64,000 bases of DNA from Raillietiella orientalis (Eukaryota). Below are positions 24,101-37,766 of the stretch, in pieces. The translations under genes and the position numbers were made by a program. A model generated the notes under the pieces. It was not told the DNA's origin. It saw only the letters and a program-made list of their open reading frames with translations, and made no database searches. The stretch's first letter is position 1; each line of letters opens with the position of its first letter. The DNA lies in contig JAYWIR010000036.1 in the NCBI GenBank assembly GCA_036172245.1, positions 248,001-312,000 of the forward strand, read 5' to 3'.

Positions 24101-25631
24101 AGGGAGGAGAGGAGGAAGGGTCGGCAGCCCCTGGCAGAAACCTGTCCGCTGCTCCAGTTTGTTTCAACGGCGAGAATTCCCACGAGGGGAAGAGCCGCCG
24201 AGGTCCTGACAAGGATGGCGGGGAGGGACGAGGGGAAGGAAGGGAAGGATGGGATGGGAAGGGAGGATTCCCCGCTCCGGAAGACTCCATCCCACGTCCC
24301 CTTTCTGGGGGACGGCCGAGGGACGATGGGCCATGGAGTCTAGCCTCTTGGAGTCAGGTCTTGCGTAAGCAGCATCCCTCCTCCCTAGCCGAAAGAGTGG
24401 CACTGGAGGATGGAAAGGCTTCTGAGGAAGAAGGGAGGTGGCCCCAGAGATGGGCCTTCCAGTTTTCAGGGTGAGGGAGGAGACTTCTCGAGGGTCGAAT
24501 GACAAGGTCATCCGAGAGGAGGAGAAGGAAGGGAAGAAGAGAAGAGGAGGGTAGTGGGAAGCAATGGAGCGAGACCACACGGGAGTCGAGTGGATGCTCC
24601 AGCTGAGCGATTAGTAGGGCGCTGGGAGGCCGGTCCCCTCTGATGAGAGTTCGGGGAGGATTAACAGCTCCCCCGCCGGGAAAGGGAAACCGCGCGAGCG
24701 CGCCATCGATTGGTCGCCGGCGATCTGGTGGAAGGACACAGCGGAGTCGGTCGTCCTTCTTCCCTCCCTTTCCTTCATTTTCCCCCATTCCCGCCCGCAC
24801 TGCCCGGGATCATCGACGGCGGCACCTCCAAGGTCCTTACTCTTCCCCTCTCCTCCCTTGCGCTTCCCGGAGCGCCCGACCACTCGAGAACGGGGCCTCT
24901 GGTAGAGGGACCTGAGAGCGCTTCTTATTGTCCCTATATTTCTTTTTTTCCGCTGCAGCAAGTATCCCAAATTGAGCTATCCATTCACTTCGGGTGTCAT
25001 GGCAACGCATTCCCGCGATGATAAATATGCGTTGTGCGAGGATAACGCGACGGCTGCTAGGCAGCGATTTCCGATCCGTCGGAGGGAAACGAAGTTTAAA
25101 ATGGCGGCGGCGATCGTCTTTCGACCCTCCCGAGGCCATACCGGACGGAAAGTCGAACGACGAGAGGAAAACAACCTTCCTCCACTCTCCCTGAAGCCCT
25201 TCCCTCCTCCCTCTCCCGACACCACCTCCTCCCCTGCACCCGGTTTTTCGATCGATCGCCTCCCACCGATTATTTCTCACGTGAAGGAATTTTTGTCCCC
25301 ATGACTACAGAAGCCCAGACGAAAATCTGTATTTCTTTCGGAAGGCCGGCCAGGGCTTGTGCAAACATGCGAAGCGACCTCTCGAAATCCAGGAATGCCT
25401 TTCTATCCCTCATTCTTTTTCGTCTTCCTCCTCCTCCTCGTTTCCACTGAAACTATGATTTTCCTTGAATTATTTCTAATGTCAGAGGTAAAGACGAGTC
25501 AGGTTGTTCGGAACACGCATTTTTAATTGCACGGAAAAATCGGGTACCCCGATGCGGAATCGGTCTTTCTTTCCGCACAGCAGCGTAAGCGCGAGAAGAA
25601 AAATCGCATGGAATCGCAGGGCATCATGGAA

Positions 25632-25972
25632 CGCGTGCAATCCGCCGCTCCCGATCTATTTTCGGAAACCATTGTTGCGATCGATGCTTTCCGACTTTCG
25701 TCATCAAGTGCTCGCGGCGCGTGCAATCCGCCGCTCCCGATCTATTTTCGGAAACCATTGTTGCGATCGATGCTTTCCGACTTTCGTCATCAAGTGCTCG
25801 CGGCGCGTGCAATCCGCCGCTCCCGATCTATTTTCGGAAACCATTGTTGCGATCGATGCTTTCCGACTTTCGTCATCGAGTGCTCGCGGCGCGTGCAATC
25901 CGCCGCTCCCGATCTATTTTCGGAAACCATTGTTGCGATCGATGCTTTCCGACTTCCGTCATCAAGTGCTCG
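25632..25972. repeat. Tandem minisatellite, 86-bp unit x ~4
   Basis: Units start at 25632, 25718, 25804 and 25890; head-to-tail, nearly identical, no spacers. Confidence 0.97.
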
Positions 25973-28774
25973 TGATCGAGCGTTGCGCCGGATCAGTTTC
26001 GGCACACACATCTTCCAGGGGCCTCCTCCTCTTCCTACGGATTTTTCACCCCCAGCATTTCAAAGCAGGGGAATCGCTGTGCAAACGCGAAGAGTTTCCT
26101 TGCGTTCTCGAGTGGTCGCGAAGGACCACCAAGAGAAATGAAGCCGGTTCGAGTGTTTGGCAAAATGCGCTGGGCACGTGTGAAAGAACTCGGAATTGCA
26201 TGGGAAAAACATCGTATAGTGGCGGATCACTCGAGGATGCTCCAAAAAAACACACACACACACACACACACAGACACGCACAAATCATTGCGTTCGAAAA
26301 ATCAAACTATTATGGCCCGCGAAAATGACTTTCATGATCATTCCACAGACAACAAATCAAATTCACATCTTATTTTCTTCTTTCTCGATACCCTCCGATC
26401 CTCGCTCGCAAGTTCGCCCAGAGTTTTGTGCAGCAAGTCGCGGCGCTTCCGAGAAACGTTAGCTGCGAGCTCCGTTCCTGGAAGATCGGAAGAGCAGATA
26501 AATGAATTGAAATGAGGAGTGGCTCGCAGAAATCCGGCCGCCTGATATCCCATAAAGGACTTTTCCTTACGAGACGGGGGAAAAATATATGCATGCATGC
26601 ATGGTATGTATACATACGTGCACGCCATTTTCCTGCAGCCGCGGAGACGAACGGAACGAACGTGCACCCCGCAGCATCATCATCCGGAGCTGCGCGCATT
26701 CCGTACCTCACAGAAAGGGGACGACGCTACGGGGAATCGTCGTTCCCGCTGTATCATTCGCCTCAGATGAATTTACCTGCAAACTTTCCTGGAATGAAAT
26801 TCAAGCTGATATTTCGTTTAAGGGAGAAATCGAAATTTCACTGAGGTCTGTCGGGGGAGGGGACGAAAAGGATGGGGAGGAGGAGGAGGGGAATCTGAGT
26901 GGAATGGCTGCTCGAATCCTGGAATGCATTCGCAAAAAAAAAAAAAAGACGAAAACTATCGAAACGATTTATTTCCCTTCCTCCGTTTCGGTTGCATCAA
27001 TAAAGTGAGTTCACAATGAGATCGAGCAGTTCCTTTCCGATTGAAACAGTTTCCATTCTGCAGCTCCGTTCCAGGAGCGGTTTTACCATCTTCGAGGGGA
27101 GCGCGCCCCCCTCACTCTCTCTTTATCGTTGCTACCTGTGGAGCTCTTTCTTCCGCTCCTCTTTTTTTTCCCCCCGAGTTTCCTTTCCTTTCTTTCTTTT
27201 GTCTTTTTTTTTTTTTTTTGTTTTCGGATTCGAAACTTCTTGGGTCGCGAGCGAATCCGCAACTTCTCGTATCGTTCTGCAAGGATTGAGGAATTTCTGG
27301 AAGTGGATCTCGAAAAATTCGTTCTCTTTGTGAAACGCCGAAATAAAGGGAGAGGAGAGGAGGGACGAGGAGGAGGGCACAGAGAAGGGGGGGAGAGGAG
27401 GAGAGAGAGGAGCTGGATTAAACGAGATGAAGAAATCCTGCAAATCACGAAGCAAAAACAACCGTTAACGAAGGTTTCCGTTGAATTCGATGTCGAGGAA
27501 AGAGATAAACGGAAAGAGATAAACAAAACCAAGAAGCAAAAAATAAAAACGGCGGTGCAGCGAAAGTAAAAATAGAATCCTTGCGTCCTCCTCTTCGCGG
27601 GGGAATGCGTCTCTCGCCGGACGAGAGGAACCGTCGTTCTGCGAGCAGGCAATAGATGCCGCGGTCTTCCCTCCTTCCTGAATGCGACGGCGACGAGGAC
27701 GGCGCGCGGGATGGGGACAGGAGGCCCGCAGGTGATGTCTCAATCGCGACGGAGCGGTCGGAAATAGCTGGGCCGGGAGGATCCGTGTCGCCTTGTGTCC
27801 CGCCTGGGATGACGAGGCGCCAGCTGTCAGGAGGGAGGGAACGCGCGGCCGGCGAACCCGTCGGTCACACGCGTCCGTCCGCGGCGAACGGTAGACAGCG
27901 GTGGTCAGCGCAGGCTCCTCTCCCTTCCCGAACGGTGGTGGTTCGCGTTCCTACGCAACCGCTGCGGCTGTGGTCCGGAGCGGCAGTTGGAGATGCCACT
28001 TCGAACAGGAGCCGCAGTCTCCAGCCGCTGGGAGCAACCAACCATCCGAGGCAAGTCCTTAATGCGAAAATTTGAGAAATAGATCTTCCTTGTTATCCAG
28101 AATTAATGGCAGAAAGGAAAAAAAAAAGGGGGGGGGGAGAGAGAGAGAGAGAAGGAAGGGGGGAGGCAAAAACAAAACGGAACAAGAAAACCATTAATAG
28201 AAAAACAAAAGGGTGTTTGCAGAGCTGGAAATTTGAGGTCAGGAATTCGTTCTTGAATTTCAGAGGGACTTCATCAATAACTAAGTAACGCCGCTTCCTC
28301 GAACCGGGGATAAAACCAACGCGTTCCATGAGGACGTCGTAAACGAAGAATAGAATTAGGGATGCATTTTTCATGCGCAAAGATTTTGCTCCTGATTGGT
28401 TACAAGGATTTTTCTTTTTGCCCAAAGAGAGTCGATTTATTTTCGCAATCGGATTCTCTCAGGATACAATTAGAAAAGAGGACAAATGACTCCATCAATC
28501 GCGAAAGGAAATATCAGTGTTTCATAGAGTGGAAAAACCTGATGACATTCTTTTAATAGGTGTAATCCCGTTTATAACCTCCACGTTCACACAGTTCTGA
28601 AATCATGTCGTTATTCAATATTCGCGTAATGTAATAGGGAAACGAATCGGCGGAAAAGGAACAGGAGAGAGGGAGGGCAGGGTAGGAAAGCTGAAGGAGA
28701 ACGGGGGAGGGGTGCTTTGCAGGCATACGCGGAAGCGTGCAGCGTGACAATTTTTTCAAGACATTAAACTCAGG

Positions 28775-28870
28775 GAGAGAGAGAGAGAGAGAGAGGGAGA
28801 GAGAGGGCGAGACGCAGGCATGCTCGCACACACACACACAAACACACACACGCGCACATGCGCGCGCATG
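28775..28870. repeat. (GA)n and (CA)n microsatellites
   Basis: Dinucleotide runs seen directly. Confidence 0.9.
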
Positions 28871-29416
28871 CGCAGTGGTGCGAGATCCGTGCGTGTGCAT
28901 CGCACTGGGTCGCTGAAGGAGGAAGAGTTGCTGCCACCAGCCCGCTGAAGTTCTGGACGCCTAAGAAATCCATGAAACGGTCCATTAAATCCACACTTGC
29001 TTGCATCCGACTGAAGGGTGAAGAGGAAACTTTCCCAGGGATTTCTTCTTCGCCTTTATCCATTCCCATCGAACGCCTTCACGTTCGTACAAGAGTTTTA
29101 AATGGCAGATTTCTCTCCCCATTTTTCTTTGTTCTTCTTCTTTTTCTTCTTTTTGTCTCATCACCCTCATTTCTCCCTGCAGAAATCGCATTATCCGTTC
29201 CCCTTCATCGACATTAAAAGCCGTGTTGTTGAAGACCCGAAGTCTTCTTAGTCATTTGGAAGAGATTGGCCTTCTTTTTGTGTTGTCCTTTGTTTTCGGA
29301 AAAACCAAGAAGGATTTTTCCGAAACTCCTGCCTGGGACTTTCAGAATCGAATCATCTCTGTCCTGATTTTTTAGGAGCCTTACACAAGCTCTCGAGAAG
29401 AATCAGAGCCGGGAAT

Positions 29417-29900
29417 TTATTTAAACTGAGCATTAGACGCTAAGCACTCGCGGCGTTGTGATTCGTCTCGTAAACAAAACGGTCCATTCGAAGCACAAAT
29501 GATCTTTTGAAAAGAGAGGGAGAAAGACCTGCAAGAAGTGTTTGTTCCTGGTTCAGTCAAAAACATAATTGAATGGAACTTGTCGGAGACGCATCGATCG
29601 AAAGATTTTTTAAAAGGTTCCGCGAAGCGAGCATCAACCGGACGGGTGCTCGCTTTCGCTGCATGCAGCATCTTTTTCCATTTTTCTTCCCTGCGCACAG
29701 GGAGCCGCCCTGTCATCAGTGAGGCAGCCTGGATCTCCGTGGCGAGCAGCCGCCTCGCAAGCTCATCCAGGAGGGTGAACGTAAAGAGTAGCGTTTTAAT
29801 CGCAGCAGCAGCGTCTTGTCATTTGAAGGCGTCGAAGGTTCCCAGAGAGGCCGAAAGTGTCTCTCGCTGGCAGCTCCTGACGTTTGAGTCGTGCCTCCTC
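29417..29900 (-). mobile_element. Second putative degenerate KDZ/Zisupton-type (CxC) transposase fragment
   Basis: VRSCQRETLSASL...IKTLLFTFTLLDELARRLL (cf. CxCE...AFTFxLLD), then TSCRSFSLSFQKIICASNGPFCLR (cf. CxxC...DGNFxLxR), with an in-frame stop. Confidence 0.4.
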
Positions 29901-32386
29901 CGCGAGCCACACGCTGGGATTCCTCTCCTTATCCTGCACGGCTCCAGAGACAAAAGGCATCTATTTTAAAATTCGCTCATCGCAAGAAAACTCGAAACGA
30001 TGAACGCATTCTTCCGTTTCACTCTCGGCTTCGGAAGAATCCGCTCCTGGTGAAGTGTGCATGCGATTCTCCCCACCTTGTGAGCGTCTCCGAGGAAGAA
30101 CCATAAAAATTCAAACCTTCTGACCTCACTTAGGAACCCAAAATTTCATCACTTCGGCCTCTTATGAGTACAGTTTCATTCCCCCTCGGTGCTCGGGATT
30201 ATTGAAAGTTTTCCGCAGATGCTAATTAAATTCTTGTGTTTTCTGGGCTGCGAAGACAGCGAAATTGTAAAGCTCTGATGAAGAAAGTAACATATGCAGA
30301 ACGAGTTATGATTTCATCCCTTTGTGCGGCACCAGTGCAAGCCTTAAAATATGAAGCTATTGGATTATGGAGCAGATCGACTGGGAGCATTTTCTCGAGA
30401 CATTTATCCAATATTGTGCGAACGCAAAGCGTTTCGTACTTGAGCCAAAACGAATTGCCGGAACTGACGTTCCAATTACCATACTGAGATGCTTTTTTAA
30501 CGCAAGAAATTCTGATATATCTCTCCACTGCCGGGCACTGCGCGAGGCAGCAGCCACCGCCGAAGGTTCCGCTAATCGTATTGGATGAGTGCGTTCGCGG
30601 CGGGCATTGTTGAGGATATTTATAATGCCGGCGTCGCGCGTTTCCAACGACAACGGCTCGGGGATTCTCCGACACCGGGCCAACGACGAGTGACGGTGAT
30701 GCGTTTGTCTGAATGTTTTTCGCACGCTGCCTTAAGTTGCTTCGATGCCTGTGGCAGAGACGTGAAATCCCCTCCCTCTTCCTTCCTCCCCCCCTCCCCC
30801 CGTCTGCTCGCAGGTCTCCCGGACGGGGGGGGGGGGACCCTTGCCTTCAAGCATCCGATTGAGGAACCTCGTTTCTGGCTTTTTTCTGCAGCGCACCTCT
30901 GAAACGCTCTCTGAGCTACTTTGGTTCAATCTGTCGTCGGTGCGTTTTGATCTCCTCAAGCACAGCATGCTGCTCTGCTTCGAGTGCACAATTTGAGAGG
31001 CGTAAATTGCTTGGATCTGCCTGTCGCCTTTGGGATGAGCTTTCCCAGGGATTTTTGTCCCGAGGTTTGGATGTTTCTCTGCTTGGTGCTTCAGCGCGGA
31101 TTCCTCGAGACCCAGCAAGCACTTTTAAGTGTGGTGTTTGCGAACAAAACACTGGTTGTTGCAGTTTCGATATCAATGAATGCACCTTCACTATTCTGTC
31201 ATCCGTCGCAGTAACGCTTTGCATTTGTTTCGGCAACCAGCAGAAAACTGTTTCATTTCGCCTCGAGTGATGATTGTTCCGTTTTCTTTGATGAGTGACG
31301 TTAGGAAAGGCAAGACTATCTCTTTTTTCCCTCGCCCTCACCTCCACCGTCCCCCTTCCAGTGGTCTGTAACTTGTTGCTTTGAGGAGTCCTGGACCCTC
31401 ATGTAGATTTCTCTCTTTTTCTGGTTCAGATTTCTGAGCCAATGCTTCCATTGCGCTCAGTTTCAGCGACCCTTTTTCAGAGTGATCGAGAAGCATCATT
31501 GTTTGTCTTTGCTGTTGTTCCTTATTACCTACTCATTCTCCTTTGATGTTTATCATATCCAATATACTGGACGCACTTAATTGAGACCATATCAGAAGGC
31601 TCTGAATTATTCGTTGACAGAGCATCTCCTCCTATAGATTATGACCGCTATCGTCGCTGTCGGTTGGAGCTCTTTGCTGTATCGTATTAATGTATTCTAT
31701 CTTCTGGAGGCGTTTCTAGGCTACAATTTGGCGCATACAGTGAGTGATGCTTTGCCGGCTCCTGTTAGCAGATTACTCGGTTTCTTGGGAGCCAGACAAT
31801 GCTCCTTTTTCCTTCGTGCTCCTTCCGCCGCATCCGCTGAGGAAGCGCTGCGCTAGCGGCACTCTGGTGGGAAGGAGAGCAGACAGCCATTTTCACGACT
31901 GGCGTCCGGCTGCCTTCCCACGTAACCGTACGTGAAGAGGCATTCAGTTTCGCCGGACGAGTACGTGATCATTCCTCTAATTAGCCACGACGACAAGCAA
32001 ATAAACAAAAATGGCGCTCGGATTCCAGGCGGAATGCCTCTCCCAAGGACAGGTTGAGTTGCTAGATTCCGACGCACCAGGAGTGCGTCGGGCCGTGCTT
32101 TTGGCGCCTCGGATCCGAAGCCTTCAGCGCCGCATTCGCAACAAGGGGGCCTCACTTGAGCGGCTGCGTTTTCATCGTTGGCGAAAAGAAGAAAATAAAC
32201 ACCAACCGAAAGGCCGAAACGTAACCTCAGTTTCGGGTGTTATTTTTTCTCCAAGCGAATGATGGCAGCTGGGCAGACCTGCTGCTGTTGCTGCATGCGG
32301 GTGCACGCGACGGGGCCTCAAACCCAAAGGGGTGGCGGGGAGAACCGAAATCTGGGTAAAAGAATGCTTTCTATTTTTCAGCCGGA

Positions 32387-33506
32387 CACGCCGATGCGTC
32401 TGTTGCGACGACAGCAAGAATCAACTCGCAACTGTTGCGGTTGGCAGCGTAGCCCCACCACGTCCAGCTCGGGGCTCCGCACCAGCCGTTTGCTAGGCCG
32501 CTTGTCGTTTGTTTTGTCGGTCCGCCTGACCTCCGTGGATCCGCCGAGGTGAACCTCGTCGATCTGCGCAGACCGGCTCTTCGGTGGGGAGGGGGACGAA
32601 AACAAGATGAAAGAATGCATGAAAAATAAATGGGAAACAGCAGGGAGGGCCGCAAAGCGGTCACCGCGTCCTCTGCATCCTTTTTCAGGATGCCGTCCGG
32701 ATAGCGCCCAGACGGGGCTGTCCGACTGCCGTTCGTGGGAATGGGACTGCCAATCGGACGGCATCCCTTTCGTTTCTTCCTCCGTCGGCTTCGCTCCAGG
32801 CCGCCACGATGCCGCGGATGCAGCAAAGTGCTGCTGCCGGGACTGCAGGGAGCCCCGCACGAAGAGGAGCCGCACAACCGGGATGAACCGGGAACTGCCG
32901 ACCGGGATCCGCAGGGTCGTCCCAAGACCGAGGCGACCACAGAGGACCGAGGGCATAGGCAGGAGCAGTTGCAGGAGGGATTGCCGCTGCCCGCACGTGT
33001 CCAGCGGCGTGGGCGCGAGTTGCAGAAAAGTGCCGACTCTCGCCACTCCGTGGGGAGGGCGCTGCTGCCTCCCAGGAAAACCGGGACACGCTTCAGGTGC
33101 TCGTCGAGGGAACGCCGAGCAGCTCGCCCCAGCGCTGGAGTCGTCGCGGAAGAGTGCCCGAGGTGGCAGCACCCTCCAGTTGCCCTGTGGTCCAGATGCA
33201 CTCATCCGCTTTCTTCTGAAGTGCCTGCGGTCTCGCAGGAGTCTTCCCAGCTCCAGGGCGGTTATCTGCTGCCAAGGGAAGGGCATCGTTGCCTCAAGGG
33301 GGGGAGTCCGCTCCGTCCACGCGCCCACGCGCGTGCTGGGACTCTCCAGGACCTTCCGCATGGAACCGCGAGCGTTCTCCACGCTTCCGCGCTGGACTGC
33401 TTCGACTTGGCCCTCGTGCCAGCGGTTTCTTGCATCCAGGCGCTGCAGTTGGCGTGGCAGAAGGCTATACGGCCGTCCTCCTTGGCCAGGGAGCCATGCA
33501 TCCGAG
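32387..33506. repeat. 1120-bp direct duplication, copy 2
   Basis: Matches 21828-22947. Confidence 0.97.
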
Positions 33507-33745
33507 GAGGAGACCGCATCTTCTCACCTTCCGGACGGAGCGCAAAAGGTAGGAGGCAAGTCCTTCCGTACGGGATACATGGTGGCTGGAGAGGAGGCGT
33601 GGGGGAACGCACTAGGGGCGCTGCAGTACTTCTCTGCGATGGCCATTGTTCGCCATTGAAGCTGGACCTCTATCCACTCCAGCGTCAGGAGGCCGAGGCC
33701 GCCGTCCCGACGCGGAACACCCGATTCATTCAACTGAGACTCGGG
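32510..33745 (-). mobile_element. Degenerate L1/Tx1-like 3' portion
   Basis: VPRRDGGLGLLTLEWIEVQLQW (ORF 33524-33733) contains the conserved PxxxGGLG motif, and the element continues into the family 3' end inside the duplicated block. Confidence 0.7.
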
Positions 33746-34879
33746 ACCTCAAAGCGTTTTTAGGAATGGAGGTGCAGCGTGGGTGAGTTCGCATCCGACA
33801 CCTTCTCGTCCCCATTACCGAACACCACTTCCTCCCTCTTCATGTCCCCCGACACAATTGCACGAAATTCCGAAGGCAAAGAAAACAAAGCAGCACGTGA
33901 GATTGGAGGAAGCGCGGGTTCCTTCCCTCCCTTTGCGCGCAGACCCGGCGAACCCGAAACGCACGCTGCTGCACGTCACGCACGGTCACGCGAGCGGCGG
34001 CGGACGACGCCTGTCTCGGACCGCCCGTACGCGCGCGCGCGCGCTCGCGGATGAGCCAGACAGGATTGGGAAACCCGTCACGCCAACCCGCTGTCCCTGC
34101 CGAAATGAGCGAGCGAGGGCGGAGGAGGGACAGTTCCTGCGGAGGAGAGGAAGCAGGCGAGTAGCTCGGGAGGACTTGGTCGAGAGTCGCGCTAAGTTCT
34201 CAGGCGGGGGTGAGGGTGAGGGTGAGGGGAGAGAACGGGGTAGTGCAGCCGCACCTCGGGTACCTTGCGGAGACGGGACGCTGGGGAGTTGACTCGCCCC
34301 TTTCTCGGGAGTGCCGCCTGGGGTCCCGGTAGCCGGGCGAAGAGCCGTCTCCGTTCCGCCTCCCTTCTCCTTGCTCCCGAGCCATCGCCATCGCTTTTCG
34401 CAGCACAGGTCGGGGGCCGGGAAGCTCACCTGCCCTGTAGGGGGAGGGAAGAACGAGCGCGGACGGCCCCCGCGGTGACCCCCGACTCGCACGGTTGCTG
34501 CAGGTGGAGTTGCCTGTGGGCCACCCCTCCATGGCCTCCGTGCGAACTCGCCGTCGCTTGCAGCCTTGTCCGTCGTCTGGGAGCGCCCGCTCCCATCGGC
34601 TAGATGAGCGGCCGTCTGCCTTTTGTGCTGGCTCTAGGATGGTGCTGTTGCTGCCTGTGGCTCGCCCGGAACAAGGCTGGCTCCGAAGACGACGGCGCCA
34701 TGACCGCAATCGCCTTTCCCTATGCGGGAGAGGACGGCAAGGAGGAGGAAGAGGAGGAAGAGAGGTCGCCCGGAGTGCGCCTCCTGCAGCACCAGGGGGC
34801 TTCGCTGACACACCAGCTGGAGGTCAGAGCGGACACGGACGCTCCGGCTCCGGACCCGGAATGCTTGACCCGGCTCTTC

Positions 34880-35340
34880 GCTTCTTCAGCAGCCCGTTTC
34901 TCCTGACCATCCTTTCCCTCCCCGCTCTTTTGCAGAATCCGTGAGGAAGGGGGCGCTTCCTCCGCCTGAGGAAGAAGAAGAGGGTGTCTCTAGGCCTGAA
35001 GCTGGCACACCTGCAGGACGCGATAGCGCGTACCATCAGGGAGCGCAGGGGTGCTCCAGGAACCGGGGAGAGGTGAACTGCCGAACTCGCGGAGGTCCGA
35101 GGGAGCACAAGGCGGAGGGGAGGAAAGCTCCCTGCAGATGATGAAGGAACGAGCTCCCCCGGCAGCCTCCTTCGACTTCTCGGTAGGAGGAGACCTTCCT
35201 GGATTTCCGGAATTCCTCAGATCTCCTCTTTCGGAAACTCCCCTTTGCTCCGTCTTTCGGGTTTGACTCGGGGAAGGAGCCAGTCCTGCGCCCGTTCCTG
35301 AATGCCACCGGGTCTCTTCCGGAGAAGAAGGAGGTGTCTT
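34880..35340 (-). mobile_element. Possible LINE ORF2 remnant
   Basis: TPALPDGTRYRVLQ resembles SPGPDGIxYxxL; weak. Confidence 0.25.
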
Positions 35341-35905
35341 TCTAACAGAGGAGACTCAGAGTAGCCGACGTGTGCGAGGACATCGCTCTAGGGAGGGAGG
35401 AGTTGCTGCGTTCCACCTGTCGAATGCTTGCCCGGAGCGGATCGGGGACTCGGCAAGTGCATCAATAGCTAGACGTGGCGTCGCGGATGACGACGTCGCC
35501 AAGGAAACTGGACAATCGATCGGTCGGAGGAGGCACGCTGCTGCCGCCAAGGAGTTACCCGGGCACAAACCAGAGCGGTTTCGAAAAACGCGCTCTCGTC
35601 TGCCTGGAGGCGTTCTCAGGAAGGAGCGCAGTGGCTGGACGGATCGAGAGAGACGAATGCGGTAGACGAGACGAAAGTGGCGGAGTGGACTGGAACGAAG
35701 GGGGACGGAGGAGGATCCTTGCAGCTTGACGGCGCCGTCTGGAGCGGAAGGAGTGATTCCGGGGCGACAAAAAGGACGAAAACTCTCTTCGGAGACTCCG
35801 GTGCTGTCGTCTGGATCTCCACCGCGGTTGGAGCTTCTCCTTCCTCGCGGCTACCGCAATGCTCCTTTCCCAGCAGTGAACAACCGCATGAAATCGATTC
35901 TCTCA

Positions 35906-36059
35906 TGGACCATTGTAGGCAACATCCCTAGGAAACAACTCCCGTTTTCCATTGTTGCGAAACTCGTTCATTGTCGAGAAACTTCCGTTCGTTGCTAGGA
36001 AACGTGCGTCGATTGTTGAAGGTGAGGAATGCGGGACGCGAGACCAATTTATTTAAGGA
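35906..36059 (+). repeat. Dispersed ~155-bp repeat, copy 1 (copy 2 at 37767-37930)
   Basis: Shared core aactcccgttttccattgttgcgaaactcgttc...cgttgctaggaaa...cgtcgattgttgaag. Confidence 0.9.
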
Positions 36060-37766
36060 GTTTGGAAAACAGAACGCAGAGAGCGACCGGCTGACAAAAA
36101 AGCGGGATGAATCGCAGCATCCTTTTTCCGCACTGAGATCTCCGACGGAAGATGCCCGCATTACTTTATTTTCCTCCCTAGGAAGGAGCGGTAAGTGATA
36201 TTTACTTCGCGAGAGCCTAACGAGACCCCGAAACAAAAATGGGAAAAGATTTATCCGTAGGAAGGGCTCGTTCTGCAGACAAAGATCCTCGGAGCTCGCC
36301 GCCGCTGCAGCAAGGCAGTGAGCTCGCGATCCTCTTCCGATCTCTCTCTCTCTCAAAACAACAAAAAAAAATCGCAGGTGTGCATAAAAAAAAAAATGCT
36401 CAGGCGGAAATGGAACTCTCTTCCAGGAGAGCTCCTTCGGAAGCTATGTTATTAATCCACTCGGACCCCCCAAAGCCCGAACCGGGTTGTGAGGAAGGGG
36501 AAAGAAAGCATTCGGTGGGATTCGATGGGGCCGCTTGGAAGGAAAGGAGGAAGAAGAAAAAGGAACGCGCAGGTGCGGAAACGCGGTGCGGACGTGGGGG
36601 GTTCTCTCCAGAGAAATGCCGCTCGAGAGGCGGACTTCTGCGTTCAGGTTGCAGGAAAACGGTCGGAGGGTTTCTTTTCGGCGAGTTCGCCGCTTTCCAG
36701 GAGACCTCTCCCTCCCTCCCTCTGCCTCTCTTGGAGATGCGGCTGCAGCTTGAAGAGCAGCTCCGGCGGCTACTTGCCTCCCTGTCTCGTGCGCTGCAAG
36801 CTGAGCCGCCTCCCGGACTGTGTCGGCAGCGGGAGAAAGACAGACGCCACGGACACGAGTCCCAGATGGTCTTCACGACGAACTTTCTGGGCTCTCCTCC
36901 GATGACCTGCATAAATCTGCCGGGAGTTGTCGGCAGCGCTAGAGGGGGGAAGGGAGAGGTGAGGAGGAGGGGATGTTTTCTCCAGTTTCGTCAGGGCGCT
37001 TTCGTTTCAGTGGAGCGTTGCGCGTCGATCACCACGGGAGCGGCCTCACCGCCTCTGCGAACGCTGCGCGCATACCGGCTCACGGGAGGAGGCCTCCGTC
37101 GCTCTTCTTCCCCGCCCTTCTAGGGGTCCTCCGCCCTGGAGGCAATGGCACCCGTCGGAGAGTGCTCTAGTGCGCTCCCGAAAAATAGGGAGGGGAAGGG
37201 GATCCATGGAGACCGTCGCACTGTCGCCTAAGTCTTCGAGCCTAGCCCCCTTCCCCTAGCGAACGCGGTCCGACCGGAGCCTCCCGTCTGCCGTTCGTAG
37301 CGGCGGAGTTTTTCTTACATGGGCTCTTCCTGAGCGAGGAGGATGCAAGAAGGGGGGGGGGGACTTGACGCTGCTGGGGACGTGCCCTGCGAGCGAGCCC
37401 ACCCACGCAGACCGGCCGGTCGCTCGGCCACCGGCGGCTGCCGGCGTTTTCTTCTGCCGCTGCGGACTCCAGAAAGGCCGTGCCGTGCCCCGATTGAGGA
37501 CTACGGGCGCACGAGCCGCTCGTGCCTTCGATCGGGGTTCCCTGATGAGACGGGCAGCTCTCTTTTCCTGGGCCCCGCCTCTACTCTCGCACCCGAAGCG
37601 GGCAGGACTGGCGTCGAGCGGCTCAGGAGATGATACGAACCGGAAGGCAGGCGCTCCCTCTGGCAGCCTCCAATCGATGCCGGGAGACGACCAGGGAGGC
37701 GGCCCTGGGGAAGCGCTCGCGCTCCTGGTCTGCGTGAGCCGGAGGAGGGGCGAGCACCGAGGAAGG

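Noticed and set aside
25632..25972. CRISPR-like array
   Set aside because: The units are contiguous 86-bp tandem copies with no unique spacers, there are no cas genes, and the context is eukaryotic.
37542..37600. Hammerhead ribozyme core (CTGATGAG; also at ~24640)
   Set aside because: No stem II followed by GAAA, and no closing stems.
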